Positions 49,721-60,798 of a stretch of DNA of 64,000 nucleotides are shown here, piece after piece. The translations under genes were made by a program, and so were the position numbers. The notes beneath the pieces are model-generated. The model did not search any database, had not been told where the DNA came from, and saw nothing but the letters and a program-made list of their open reading frames with translations. Numbering within the stretch: the stretch's first letter is position 1; every line of letters begins with the position of its first letter. Origin of the DNA: Massalongia carnosa (lineage: Eukaryota); NCBI GenBank assembly GCA_965645245.1, contig OZ287073.1, positions 620,001-684,000 on the forward strand, written 5' to 3'.

Positions 49721-51270
49721 AAAGAATTCGCAGTACCTATTCGGTGCAATTCGAAAACATCGGTTTTGACACTAGTTTATGGAACAACAGATATGCTGAA
49801 TGGAACGAAGACGAGAAAAAATCGAGTAAACCTCATCCTAGTCAGCCTATCCGTATTCTTCATTCCGTTTCGGATATAGTTCACAAAACTGATGAATTCG
49901 AATCAGTAAATAATTTCATCAAACCATGGAAGCCGTCTTGTAAAATCAAGTTCCAAATCGAAAGATCGAAAGAAACAGCAAAGTCAAGTTATTATTCGAC
50001 TTTATCAAAAATTCAATCAATAAACGCCGATAAATTACGAGTGTTACTCTATACCGATGGATCAAAAACCGAGTTTTCAACTTCCGCTGTCACATTTGCA
50101 CCAATTATGCGAAATTGGAACAATTTCACCGATAACTTCAATCGTTTTATCGAAAAAGATTGTCTCCTCAAACATCATACGATTTCGAAAAGCTGGAAAT
50201 TAAACAAACAGTCAAGCGTTAAAAACGCTGAACTGTATGCGATACTACAAGCAATAAAATGGGCATACAAATTGACAATTGCGAATATTCTCTCCAATTT
50301 GGAAAAAACGATTTGGATTTTTTTCGATAGCATAAACGAGATAAACGAAATTCAGAACTTGCCAAATCAAACTTACGCAAAACAAATTCGAAAATTCACG
50401 AAATGCTTATTCGGAAACAATTATCAGGTGGTTCTACAATGGATTCCTAGTCATTCGAAAATCGTCGAAAATGAAATTGCAGATAAAGCAGCAAAAGCGG
50501 GACATAGTCGAATCCTAGTCTAGTCTTCGATAATAACATTTGATTATGTAAAGGGTCAAATAAATCGAAATATGCTAGCCACATGGGCGAATCAATGGCA
50601 ACAATGCAAGTCAAAAGGCAAATACTATAAGAAATTCGAAATGCAGCCGGGCAAATCGAGTTTTTATTATCTGTCGAATAATTGTTCGAAATTGATATTT
50701 GCGACTATTATGCAAATGAAATTCGGACACGGTTATTTTCGATCATATCTGCACCGATTGAAAGATTATAATTCGTCAAAATGCAAAGGGCGCTGCAACG
50801 AACGTCAAACGCCAGAACACTTATTGATGAATTGCATACATTATTCAAATGAAATCCTAAACATGAAACAAAATATCGATACCACAATTACTTTAAAAAT
50901 GTTGTTTAATACTAGGATCGGAAATAATATTTTGATTAAATTTATTGTTGATAATAAAATCGCGACTAGAAAATGGATGCTAGGTAAGCTCGATGACGAA
51001 AATATCGAAACGGGAGGTTGGTGAGATATCGAACAGTAAAATTAGAAATGATTTATGCTGCAATATTCACGAGCTTTACAAAAATAAATTGTAAAATCGA
51101 TATTTCGATTACTAAAGGTTGTTACTAACACGTAGCAAAAATGGGGCAATATTGACGATACATAGTTGGGTTATAAAGGGTTGATTTATTTGTAAAATAA
51201 AAACATATCTTAAAATAGATTAGTGTCATTACCTTAGGTTGAATACACTTAATGAATAAATAAAAAAAAA

Positions 51271-53014
51271 TGAGCGTCAGGATTTTTCGGTGAAATCACG
51301 AGTCGTCTGGCCTTGATTGCATCAAATCGATCGACTTTGTTCGAATTATAATTCGAACTTTTCCTTTGAATAGTAGTCCAATTTTCGGAGTTTTCGGTTG
51401 CTTTTCCAAGCATTTGACTCCATGTACCGGTTGCGCTAACATTCTTACCAGAGACCCCGGTTGCTCTTTTGCGAATGGTCTGATTTTCAATAATTGAATT
51501 TTCATTCAATTTAACAACAGGTTTTTGAATTTTTTGGACCGTTCTGTAGTGTAGTCGTTTGTTTTTGTGACGTTTTTGAGAAAAGATGACTAGTTTGATC
51601 AAGTACTATGCCAATTTTGTAGTTAATCATATCTAATGATGTTTTTATACTGATTGATTTTTTCGAAATCAACGAATTAATGTTGTCAATTACGATAGCC
51701 GTTTGTGGATTTTGGTCGAGTACAAATGATTGCAATAGTGCTTTTTTGGCCGACTTTAGAAGCTCAATTGAATTTGCCCGATTGATCGCTTCTTGGCTAT
51801 CTCTCGAATATTCGTCAAATGTTCGTCTTTTATTTCGTTTGATTGGTGGGCTTGATCAAATGTTTAAATTCAATGAAGGCATCGGCAAGAGAGTGGAAAA
51901 TGGACCCGATAGGAATTCCGTTGCCTTTGGTGTCGGTGTTGACGGGGCTGATGCATATTCGCGAGTTTGATCCATAGGTTCAAGACGGGGAGAGCTACCT
52001 ATCAACGCCACCGGAGATGGTCCGGGGGATTGTCAGGGGGGGGCCGGGTAGGGGGTCGATAGGGGGGCGGGACCGGCTGGGGGTGGTGTCCTTAGTATGT
52101 TCCGGCTGTTCATTACCGCGTTAAATATGATTTAATAAATAAATCGATATTGCCTTTGCTATATCCCCTTTATCGCCAACAAATAGTTTATTCTGACGTT
52201 CCCCGGACGTAATAGTCAGAATAGAGAGGTTTTACGCCGATTTACTAGTCTAAAGACTCTTGCTTTCCAAACCCTATTTATTTGACAATAACAAGTCAAA
52301 TATATCCTAGTCGAGTTAAAATAGACCGTTCCTCGCTTAGGCAATAGATCTTATTTAACTCTTTACCTTGACACTACGATATTTGGAATATAATAAGAAT
52401 TTTACGATCGAACATAAAAATTTTTTTTAAAAAATGTTTTTGATCCAGAAATAAAAATCAAGTACAATAAGAGAGTAGGAGACTTCCTATTCTGGTTAGC
52501 CTGAAACAGGGCCTTTGGTTTAACCCTATTTCAGACGTTTTTCCCCTTCGTTTCAGCAGATTGTTGGTCGGCAGTTCAACGTAAATCAAAAAAACCCAAA
52601 ATAGAATAGTGTATACGATACCCGTAACCTTAAATTTCAAATGAAAACCATGAAGTTTTGTTGTCTCGAGAACAGGTTGTGCAGTTACGCGACACTGATG
52701 ATATTTTGTAGATAATTTTTGTGATAATAGATGAGATCTATGCGACAATTAAACAGAAGAAATATCGAAAATCGAGCGATTTTTGACGTTGTTGTTGGTG
52801 TTTTTGTGTTTTGTAGATTTTTTGGACGCGCTTTTTGGTGAAGGGGCGGACAGACCGCGAGGATAACTCTGCAGGAGCCGTGGAAAAGCTCTCCTGTACC
52901 CAATTCTGATGGGTTTTAGCTTCTGGTAAGCTCAAATGAATGAGAAGACTGAAGAGAATAAGTTGGGAAAGTTTCAGTATATCAAAGTATAGGGTACCGA
53001 TGTTTTGGGGGTTG
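51271..53014 (-). mobile_element. LINE B 5' part (5'UTR and ORF1 N-half, decayed)
   Basis: Direct repeat of 31620-33364. Confidence 0.92.
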
Positions 53015-53035
53015 CATAGATGGTTTGTTGTTGTT

Positions 53036-53470
53036 GAACATTTAACGATGCAACCATTTCAAATCTGTCATCATTTGACTGATGATTTTGATTGCAATTG
53101 ACGCATTTTACTACGACATGTGCACAGGCGATCTTTGATTTGCAAGTTGTGCATTCACGACTGTGAGTTTCATGATTTTTGGCACATATATTGCATTTCT
53201 CTTGATTTTTGCATTGATAATGCTTGTGTCCAAAATTTTGGCAATTGATGCATTGCGTATTCGGACGAACGGAGGTAAATATTTCCCTGTCACAGTGTCT
53301 TCCCGCGATATTTACACCTTTCAACGCGTTCAAAGCTATATTTCGATCATTAAACGTTAAAACAACCGATGATTCGATCTTTTTTTGACGATAACGTACT
53401 AGCCATTTTGGAATATCGCATAATTGCATTTTTGAATTGAACTTTTGAATTACCTCCTGCAAATATTGTA
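53036..53470 (-). pseudogene. LINE A2 ORF1 C-terminal (zinc knuckle) fragment
   Basis: CINCQNFGHKHYQC etc., closest to 41867-42583. Confidence 0.88.
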
Positions 53471-53650
53471 TGTTGAATAGGGGTAGTCGTGGGTGGTGCA
53501 TACGTGATAACCGCAAGGAGAGAAGACCGGCAGAAAGCAAACAAGGAACACACGTGAAAACAACAAACAGAACGTTAGCGGTGACGACTCGGCCACTCTG
53601 ACACTGTCACTTAGACACGAATACTGACTCTGAAGGAAAGAAAAATGTTG
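53471..53650. repeat. Possible copia-type LTR fragment
   Basis: Starts TGTTGAA where LINE homology stops; no second terminus found. Confidence 0.3.
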
Positions 53651-53949
53651 ATTGCCAGTCTGTCTAGAGGGTGAAACTTCCCCTATCTATAGAAAAATGG
53701 GCGCCTCAGCCCCGGAAAAACCTTCCCTCCGCTCCGTCCACACCAATCCCCCCCCCCTCCCCTCAGCACCTGCCCTTGTCCCTATTCACCCTATCACACC
53801 ATGTGCTCATGAAATCCAGGAAAGTTGATAAACTGAAGGAAATAGCCCTGAAAACGTACTAATTATATTGCAATTAGGTTCGAATTCCTGGCCCGGCCCC
53901 CAATGTGCTTTAGCGCGACGACATTCATATCAAATAGTAGTTTTAGTGC

Positions 53950-54160
53950 CCCCTTGATCGGGCTTATTATCGCCACGAATCACTACCTCCAAATGTCATC
54001 GATCCTTTGCGATTGTTGCGCGACCCCGTGGTAGTAGCCCGACCCCGAGGGCGTCCGTCAATCGCGATGCGTTTACAATCGGATAGAACTCAACGGGAGG
54101 CTGATAACTCTACCCAACGGGAGTTATCAGGGTTTGAACATGTCGAGGAGGTGTTGTGTC
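53950..54160 (+). pseudogene. Mutator-like transposase C-terminal relic
   Basis: IDP..DPVVVARPRGRP...STQRELSGFEHVE resembles the C-termini of fungal MULE transposases (recalled motif, not searched). Confidence 0.5.
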
Positions 54161-56551
54161 ACGGAATCGCTTCGCACCCTCCCGCTTGTCCTGATCGGGT
54201 TAGTATTTAACAGGGCCCATTGCTGTCATCCATCGTGCTCAGGCGTTCTTCTGCCGCCCTCAGCGCACTATCAATCTCCTACAATCCGTATCCAATCTCA
54301 ACGTCTCCACTATCCAGGCTTATGACTGAGAGTGCTTCAGCACAGATAAAGGCGGGATAGGTCAAAGCAATCATGTTAAGGAAATTAGTACAGGAACAGA
54401 GACGGGGCAAGTCGAGAATAGGAGAGTTGAAAGCCATAGCTATAAAGTCTATGTGGTTTCCCAGGTGTTTAGAGCTCTTCATCGGACGTCTTCTGTATTA
54501 TTCTCAACTTCTAGTTTTAGCATATCTAGATATCCGTTCTGCAAGATAGAGTCTTGTATCTCTCCAGCCCTCCCCTGACAGCAGACTGGAAAATAAATCT
54601 CATGGATAATCATATCAGTCATTGTACTCCTGAGTTCATAGCTCTTGCTAACATAAATCATATTCGTCCTTATCCACTTATACCGCATCTTATACACTAT
54701 ATGCAGCGCTTGATGTTGGAGTATTTCAACTTTATAAATACTGGTGTCACGGTTTTACTCGACACTACTTTCGGTACTAGACTATCGACCTAGCTACTTC
54801 GGATCTAACTCTCGAGCTCGAGTTTAGGCTGACATAAGCGGAACAAGCCACGGTTGAGTCGGTTGAGGACTACTGGCCGCTGAACTATATAGAGGCGAGA
54901 TTTATCGTTCGATTGTTCTTTTCTTCTTCATCTTGATTGTTTTCGTTTCCAGTGTCCCTATAGACTAGTTCTAGGTAGACTATAACAACTGGTATGATAT
55001 AGCAATTCAAGATGCTCTAATAGAATTTAATGTTGAGTATACATTACAGCGATGTCTTGCGGATCTTACTAATATACGTGATAATACTTTCAAGAAATGT
55101 ACTATTCGAATGTAATACGGATGGCGCTAGAGGGATACGTGATCGCCTATGACGGTTGCGGGATTAACTAGCGTGGACCATGCCGTAGTACGAAGTCGCA
55201 TAAGCCGTCGAGGCTTACATACTGCCATCTTGCCCCGAAACTTCGGAGTTATTGTTATCACGTTCTTGACTACTTACAGATCAAACACCTGTCGAGGCCG
55301 TGGTGGTAGATTGCCATAGAGTGTAAGGCGGACTCCTGTGGAGACGCCAAGGAACTCTATATGGGATCTACTGGCCTACTCGGAGCTACTGGATCTCTTG
55401 ATGGATCAAGAGAGGTAGCAGGAGGCACGGCTCGCTGGACGCAGCTTGAGCTAGGCTCCCCGGTGTAAACTTCAGCTTCAACTTTTATTACTACGTTGGT
55501 AGTGATGTCGGCTGAATGAACCTACATGACCTCGTTGTCTAGACCTTGTGTCTAGAGGCAGATCCGCAGTGTAGCGAGGTATTCAGTCGGGGGTAACCTT
55601 CTATTACTAGGTAGTGGTGACGGCGAAATAAAGCTACATAGCCTGAGGCATGTAGTGAGGGATCTAGCCGGGGGTAGAATTTTCCTACCTTGCAAGGGAA
55701 GATCTAGAAGGCTGCTCGAGGCTGACTAGATGATCCAGCGAACGCCGAGTTCGTGGATGGATCCTGAGGGATGGTTGGATGTAGTGCGATAAAGTCGGAT
55801 ATGGATTGCAAGGCTGTAATGCTCGCAAGACTCCCAAGGCTTGCAAGGCTCCTAAGGTTCCAAGGCTCCCAAGGCTATAGGCTTGGGGTGAGTAGGATAA
55901 ATATCAGAACGAATCTTGTAGTATTCGTTAGCAATTAGTCTTTATTCTATGAACAACCTACGTTTGGGTCTCGGACGAGATCTCTTGGTCCAAGTACTTC
56001 CACATCTATTAGTTCTTTGGATCACATATACTCTCGGAGACTAGCACGTAGTAGCTATCTTCCTCCTCTCACGCTGAGCATTTCCCCTTTCGAGATCAGT
56101 ATCGCTCGTGATAAGCTTACTGGTCTCGTAGCCCATTACATCGAAGTGCTTTTGAGAAATCAGGAATATGGCCTATTAATGCTAAAAACTGCATCTCACT
56201 GCTAAAAACTTTCAAGTCGCCTGATGCTCAAGAAAAGCTACACAATAAAGAAAAAGAGCCTACTCTTCCAATCTTGTATTATATTCAGCCAACATCCTCA
56301 ATGGATATTGAAATAGGACTTCAAACATGGCAGAAGAATAAATCAACAGGTAATTTTATGGAGTGATCCGGCTTGCTCAGAGAAATTTGAGTCGTTTGTT
56401 AATAATACAAAAACCGTTATACACAAGCTATGTTTAATGATATTCAATTATCTCTATATCAGAAAATAAGAGAAGATGACTTTAGACTTAAATCTACCTC
56501 TCGTAAATGATTACGAACCTTAGGTTCAGGATTAGGGATTACTAAAGAGAA

Positions 56552-56565
56552 TTTTTTTAATTTTT

Positions 56566-56632
<67 letters not shown>

Positions 56633-56753
56633 TTAAGTGTATTCAACCTAAGGTTATGACACTAAACTATTTTAGGATATGTTTCTATAATACCCCTTTA
56701 TAACCGATCTATGTATCGACAATTTTTCCACGTTTTTACTCCGTGTTAGTAAC
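56552..56753 (-). mobile_element. LINE 3' end with expanded (TAAA)n tail (~17 units)
   Basis: 3'UTR homology; (ttta)n at ~56565-56634; cut by the copia LTR at 56754. Confidence 0.9.
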
Positions 56754-57528
56754 TGTTGAAATAGGTATATGACTATGGCTATATGGCTATATAATAATAA
56801 AGGTATGTATGACCGTGATGTTAAGGATGAAGAGTTGCTAGGCAGCAATCTTTTCTTATTACTGGTCACCCCCTTCTAAGTATAAGAGGGACAGTAGACA
56901 CTAGTCCTTATGGGTTATAATGCTCAGTGTGACTGCTAATAGATTGGTAGGTGCTAAAGCTAAAAGCTGATTCCCTGAAGATGGGAATCGAGCTTTCTAT
57001 ATACCCCTTGGGGTCCTATTTACTAACTACTTGTCTGGTTACCTGTCTGCCTTGTTGCCTTCAGCTGAGTTCTAGTAGATAGCCTTGCTGCCTTCAGCTG
57101 AGGTCTAGCAGATAACCTTGTTGCCTTCAGCTGAGCTCTAGCAGATAGCCTTGTTGCCTTCAGCTGAGGTCTCCTAGGCGTCCCAGGCCTCCCATGAGAT
57201 CGAGGCTTATCTGAATAGCTTCAGTTGCTGCCTAACAAACTGGTAAGGCTGATTGCTGATGGCTTAGTATTGCTATCCGCCTTATCATGACTAAGCATCC
57301 GGATTATCAGTCACCCGGTCTTCTTGGGTGAGTCATCCCAGGAGCTAGCGCAGCCCTGTATTGCCGCGCTATTACACTAAGCGAGGTGATCTTATCTTGT
57401 CTTGGGACTAAGCCTAATGCGGCATCTACGGTTTCCGTAGATGATCTGTCTATCTAGGACAGCCGTAGGTGCTATATTCATCGTATTGATAGGTGTTCAT
57501 TGTGCTGGTAGGAATTGGATATTCAACA
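56754..57528 (-). repeat. copia 3' LTR (775 bp) with ~4 x 33-bp tandem repeat at ~57049-57172
   Basis: tgttgaa...ttcaaca termini next to the PPT. Confidence 0.88.
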
Positions 57529-57599
57529 CCCCCCCTCAAGTCCTACCAGTACTTGTTTCAATCGTGGATTCAACCGTGGTTGAACTTCTTTACCTCTCA

Positions 57600-58988
57600 T
57601 GTCTGTTTGTCCATGTTGAGCTGTCTGATAAATGAGAAGAACTTGACGTGCATGAGGGTTTTTGTCAGTCCATCTGCATCATGTCTTCGGTCGGAACATA
57701 GATGAGGTCGATTCTTCCCTCTAGCACCTCGTTTCGTATGAAGTAGTATTGAATGTCGATATGCTTGGTCCTAGAGTGTAATACGGGGTTATTGGCCAGT
57801 GCTATAGCGCTTTGATTGTCGTCTTTCAATGCAATTGTGCCTTCTCCTCTTAACACGTTTATTGTCGGGGATCCGTCATCAGAAGTCATCAATCCGAGTT
57901 CGGTCATCAGTAAACGTAGCCATGTTGCCTCCTTTGCTGCTTAGGTGAGTGTCATATACTCTGCTTCGGTTGATGACAATATGACGGTTATTTGTCTTTT
58001 GGAATACCAGCTTATTGGTCTATTGTTCAGCATGAACACATAACCCCAGTTGAATTTTCGCTGCTATTTGTCGAAGGTGATGTCTCTATTCTTGGTACCG
58101 CTAAGGTATCTGAGAATGTGTTTGGCCGCTTCCATATGTGTTTTGCCTGGATTCTTTGCATTTCGACTGATTACGGACGTTGCGAAAGCTATGTCTGGCC
58201 TGGGTTCTATCATTGCAAACGTGATGGATCCGACCATGGTTTGATATTGCTTTATGTCCATGTCGGAGTCCTGAAATTCATTGATGAAGAGACAGCCTTC
58301 TCGCATAGGAGTGCTTTATGGTTTTGTTGACTCGATCTCGTTCGACTTTAAGGCCTAGATAGTAGCTGATTGGTCCCATGTCTACCATCTTGAAAGCTAG
58401 CTTTGAGCTGTTTTTTGACTTCGGTGATCATCGGGGAACCCTTTGGGCCTATGATGTTCAAATCGTCAACGAAAGAGGTAACAATGTGTCCTTTTATCAC
58501 TTGAGGTGTGACGAAAATGTTATGATCTGCGTGGACTTTCTCCAATCCTAATTTGCTCAATAGAAAAGCTGACAGTCGTTCATACCAGGGACGCGGAGAC
58601 TGTTCAAACCGTACAGGGCTTTGTTCAACCTACATACCATGCCAGCTGTGTCATCTCCTTTCGGCATGTGGACATAGATGAGTTGATAATGAGACCGTTC
58701 AGAAAAGCTGTCACTATATCCAGTCGCTCGATGTGCAGATAATGATGAGCAGCTAACGCGAGTAGCAAGCGAAAAGCTATTGTTTGGCCATTGATGCAAA
58801 GGTTTGATCGAAATCTACTCAGTATTGTTGGAGATATCCTTGAAAACCCATCTGGCTTTAAAGTGAACGATCTTTTCATTTACGTCCCGTTTCAGCTTGA
58901 ATATTCATTTGCCACTTAAGACTATATGTTCGGGTTCCATGGACTCGGTAGGTAATGTATCCCTGGTTTTATTCTCCAGCAGACTTAT
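57600..58988 (-). pseudogene. pol: copia RT and RNase H remnants
   Basis: LDIVTAFLNG, LNKALYGL, FVDDL, RPDIAFA, SSTEAEY, DNQSAI, RTKHIDI; many frameshifts. Confidence 0.92.
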
Positions 58989-59161
58989 TGTCAGGGTCCT
59001 GAGGTCACCTGACATCAGACTAGCATCGATTAGCTAATATGCCGAGGAACCGACTTTTCAGGGGTTATATAGAACTCCGCCCGAGTAAAGCTTTTAGACT
59101 TCGTCTGAGGATTTTGGTGTAGAACTAGGCTATTGAAATTGAACTCGTTTTATCCCTCACA
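58989..59161 (+). repeat. 5' LTR of gypsy-3 (3' boundary approximate)
   Basis: TG start shared with the gypsy-2 LTR; TATATAG at 59066; ends ..ctcaca before the PBS. Confidence 0.75.
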
Positions 59162-59206
59162 CAATCTTCAGACCTACAATCAGAATCATTAGGCTAATCA
59201 GAAAAC

Positions 59207-60798
59207 ATGAACTCATTAGAATCATCCAGCAGAGATGTCGCTCCCTCGGGGCCGGCCTTCAACACTAGAGCTCGCTCCATGTCGCGACAATCGAAACAGA
59301 GCATACCAGGCGAATATGAACCCGCCGACGAAGAGGTGGGAAATGACACTGTTTTGCCGACAAACAAAGACAAAGGCAGGGAACCGAAGATCGAGGCCCC
59401 GACCTCAGAACCGAAAATCGACATAAGCAATTATGCCATTTATCGAAGTCTGACGGAAAGCAATCCGTCGAAATCAGCTATGATCATCAAGGTGGCCAAT
59501 CGAGAAGAGTTGAGAAGGGCCCTCGTCCTAAAGGGAGACGGCGACATATGGTACACTGTTCTAGCCGGCACGCTCCTACAACATGAGGTCTTGATCGAGA
59601 AATATCAGGACTTGAAAAAATGAAACAAAGATCTAAAAGGTCTACAGGCAGAATGGACCCGTATGATAAAGAGCTGGGATCACGAGAGACTAGTATTTGA
59701 GGAGGATATCGCGGCTGAAAAATTGGAGACTCAGAAGGTCAAAGCGGAAAACTCGGACCTCATTCGTGAAATATCAGAGATGAAACGTCTAGCTCGCGAA
59801 GCTACTCAGACGTCGACCTCATCGACTGGTCAAACTGAAGATCAATCCGCCGTCGCTGCCCCCTTAAGCAATTATCGACCCAAAGGCACCAACCCGAAGG
59901 AGGCCCTCGACGGTTCCAACTCAGACGCCTATAGTGCATAGGCGTTTACGGTGGAAAGAAAAATCAGAACCGACTCCCCAATGTACACTAGTGAGGAGTT
60001 GAAAATCGACTACGCCTTATCGCAGATGAAGGATCCCATTTTCGACGCCATACACACCTGGGTAGTGGATGCCGGTCCCACTCTCTCTTTGAATACGTTC
60101 TTCAAGGAAATTGAGAGCTACCTCGGGATAGCATATTTGACAAAGGACGCGAAGAAGGAATGGAAGAAATAAGCATGAACAAAGATGAAACGGTGACTGA
60201 ATACTATCATCGAATGTTCAAACTCTGGCAACGTGCAATAACCCCCGCGGATGAGAGAATTGAGACGTTCAAGGACACCCTGCGGCCGAACATCGCGCTG
60301 TCTCTATTGGGACGGGACTTCATCAGTCTAGAAACCCTCTTGCATGAAGCCAGGAAAATCGAACAGGGAAGAAAGGAGATGAATCAGAAGTACGCGAAGT
60401 CGGAATCTCAGAAGCCCGCGAAAACGACGACTTCTCCTTCTTCTTCCGTCGGTCGTGGTTTAAACAAAACCACGACCGCCACCTCCAGTACCTCGATCAC
60501 AGTCAAACCAAAAGCGACTACGACCAACTCCGCCATCTCCGCCAACCCGAACTCGAAATTCGGACAGGTCTCGACCAAACCGGAAGGATGGGTAGGAGCT
60601 TGGTACGAGGGGACGCTTCACCCGCCCAAGTTGGAGGACGGGGAACGAGAGACTCTGTCACGACAGGGCCGATGTTGGTCGTGCAGAGGATCAGGGCATA
60701 GGGGCCGAGACCCCTGTTGCATTAGGCAAGCAGTGAATCTCAGTAGAGTCGCCATTCGAGAAGACTCATCCGAGTCCTCGGACTCGGAAAAAGAATGA
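59207..60798 (+). pseudogene. gag: gypsy-3 gag (stops and a frameshift)
   Basis: GPAFNTRARS, KPEGWVGAWY and CWSCRGSGH shared with gypsy-2 gag. Confidence 0.9.

Larger units (their letters stand above)
33391..51270 (+). mobile_element. 5'-truncated LINE B (33391-33663 and 46844-51270) split by nested insertions
   Basis: ORF1 end, TAATG and APE start to 33663; resumes at 46844 after TSD cattcacatgta; tail at 51270. Confidence 0.9.
56754..58988 (-). mobile_element. Ty1/copia element, decayed and interrupted by gypsy-3
   Basis: LTR, PPT (ccccccctcaag 57529-57540), RT and RNase H remnants. Confidence 0.9.

Noticed and set aside
54279..54793. Short ORFs as a host gene
   Set aside because: No recognisable domain or consistent exon structure could be supported by eye
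56565..56634. (TTTA)n as a telomeric or independent satellite
   Set aside because: It is the expanded tail of a minus-strand LINE 3' end
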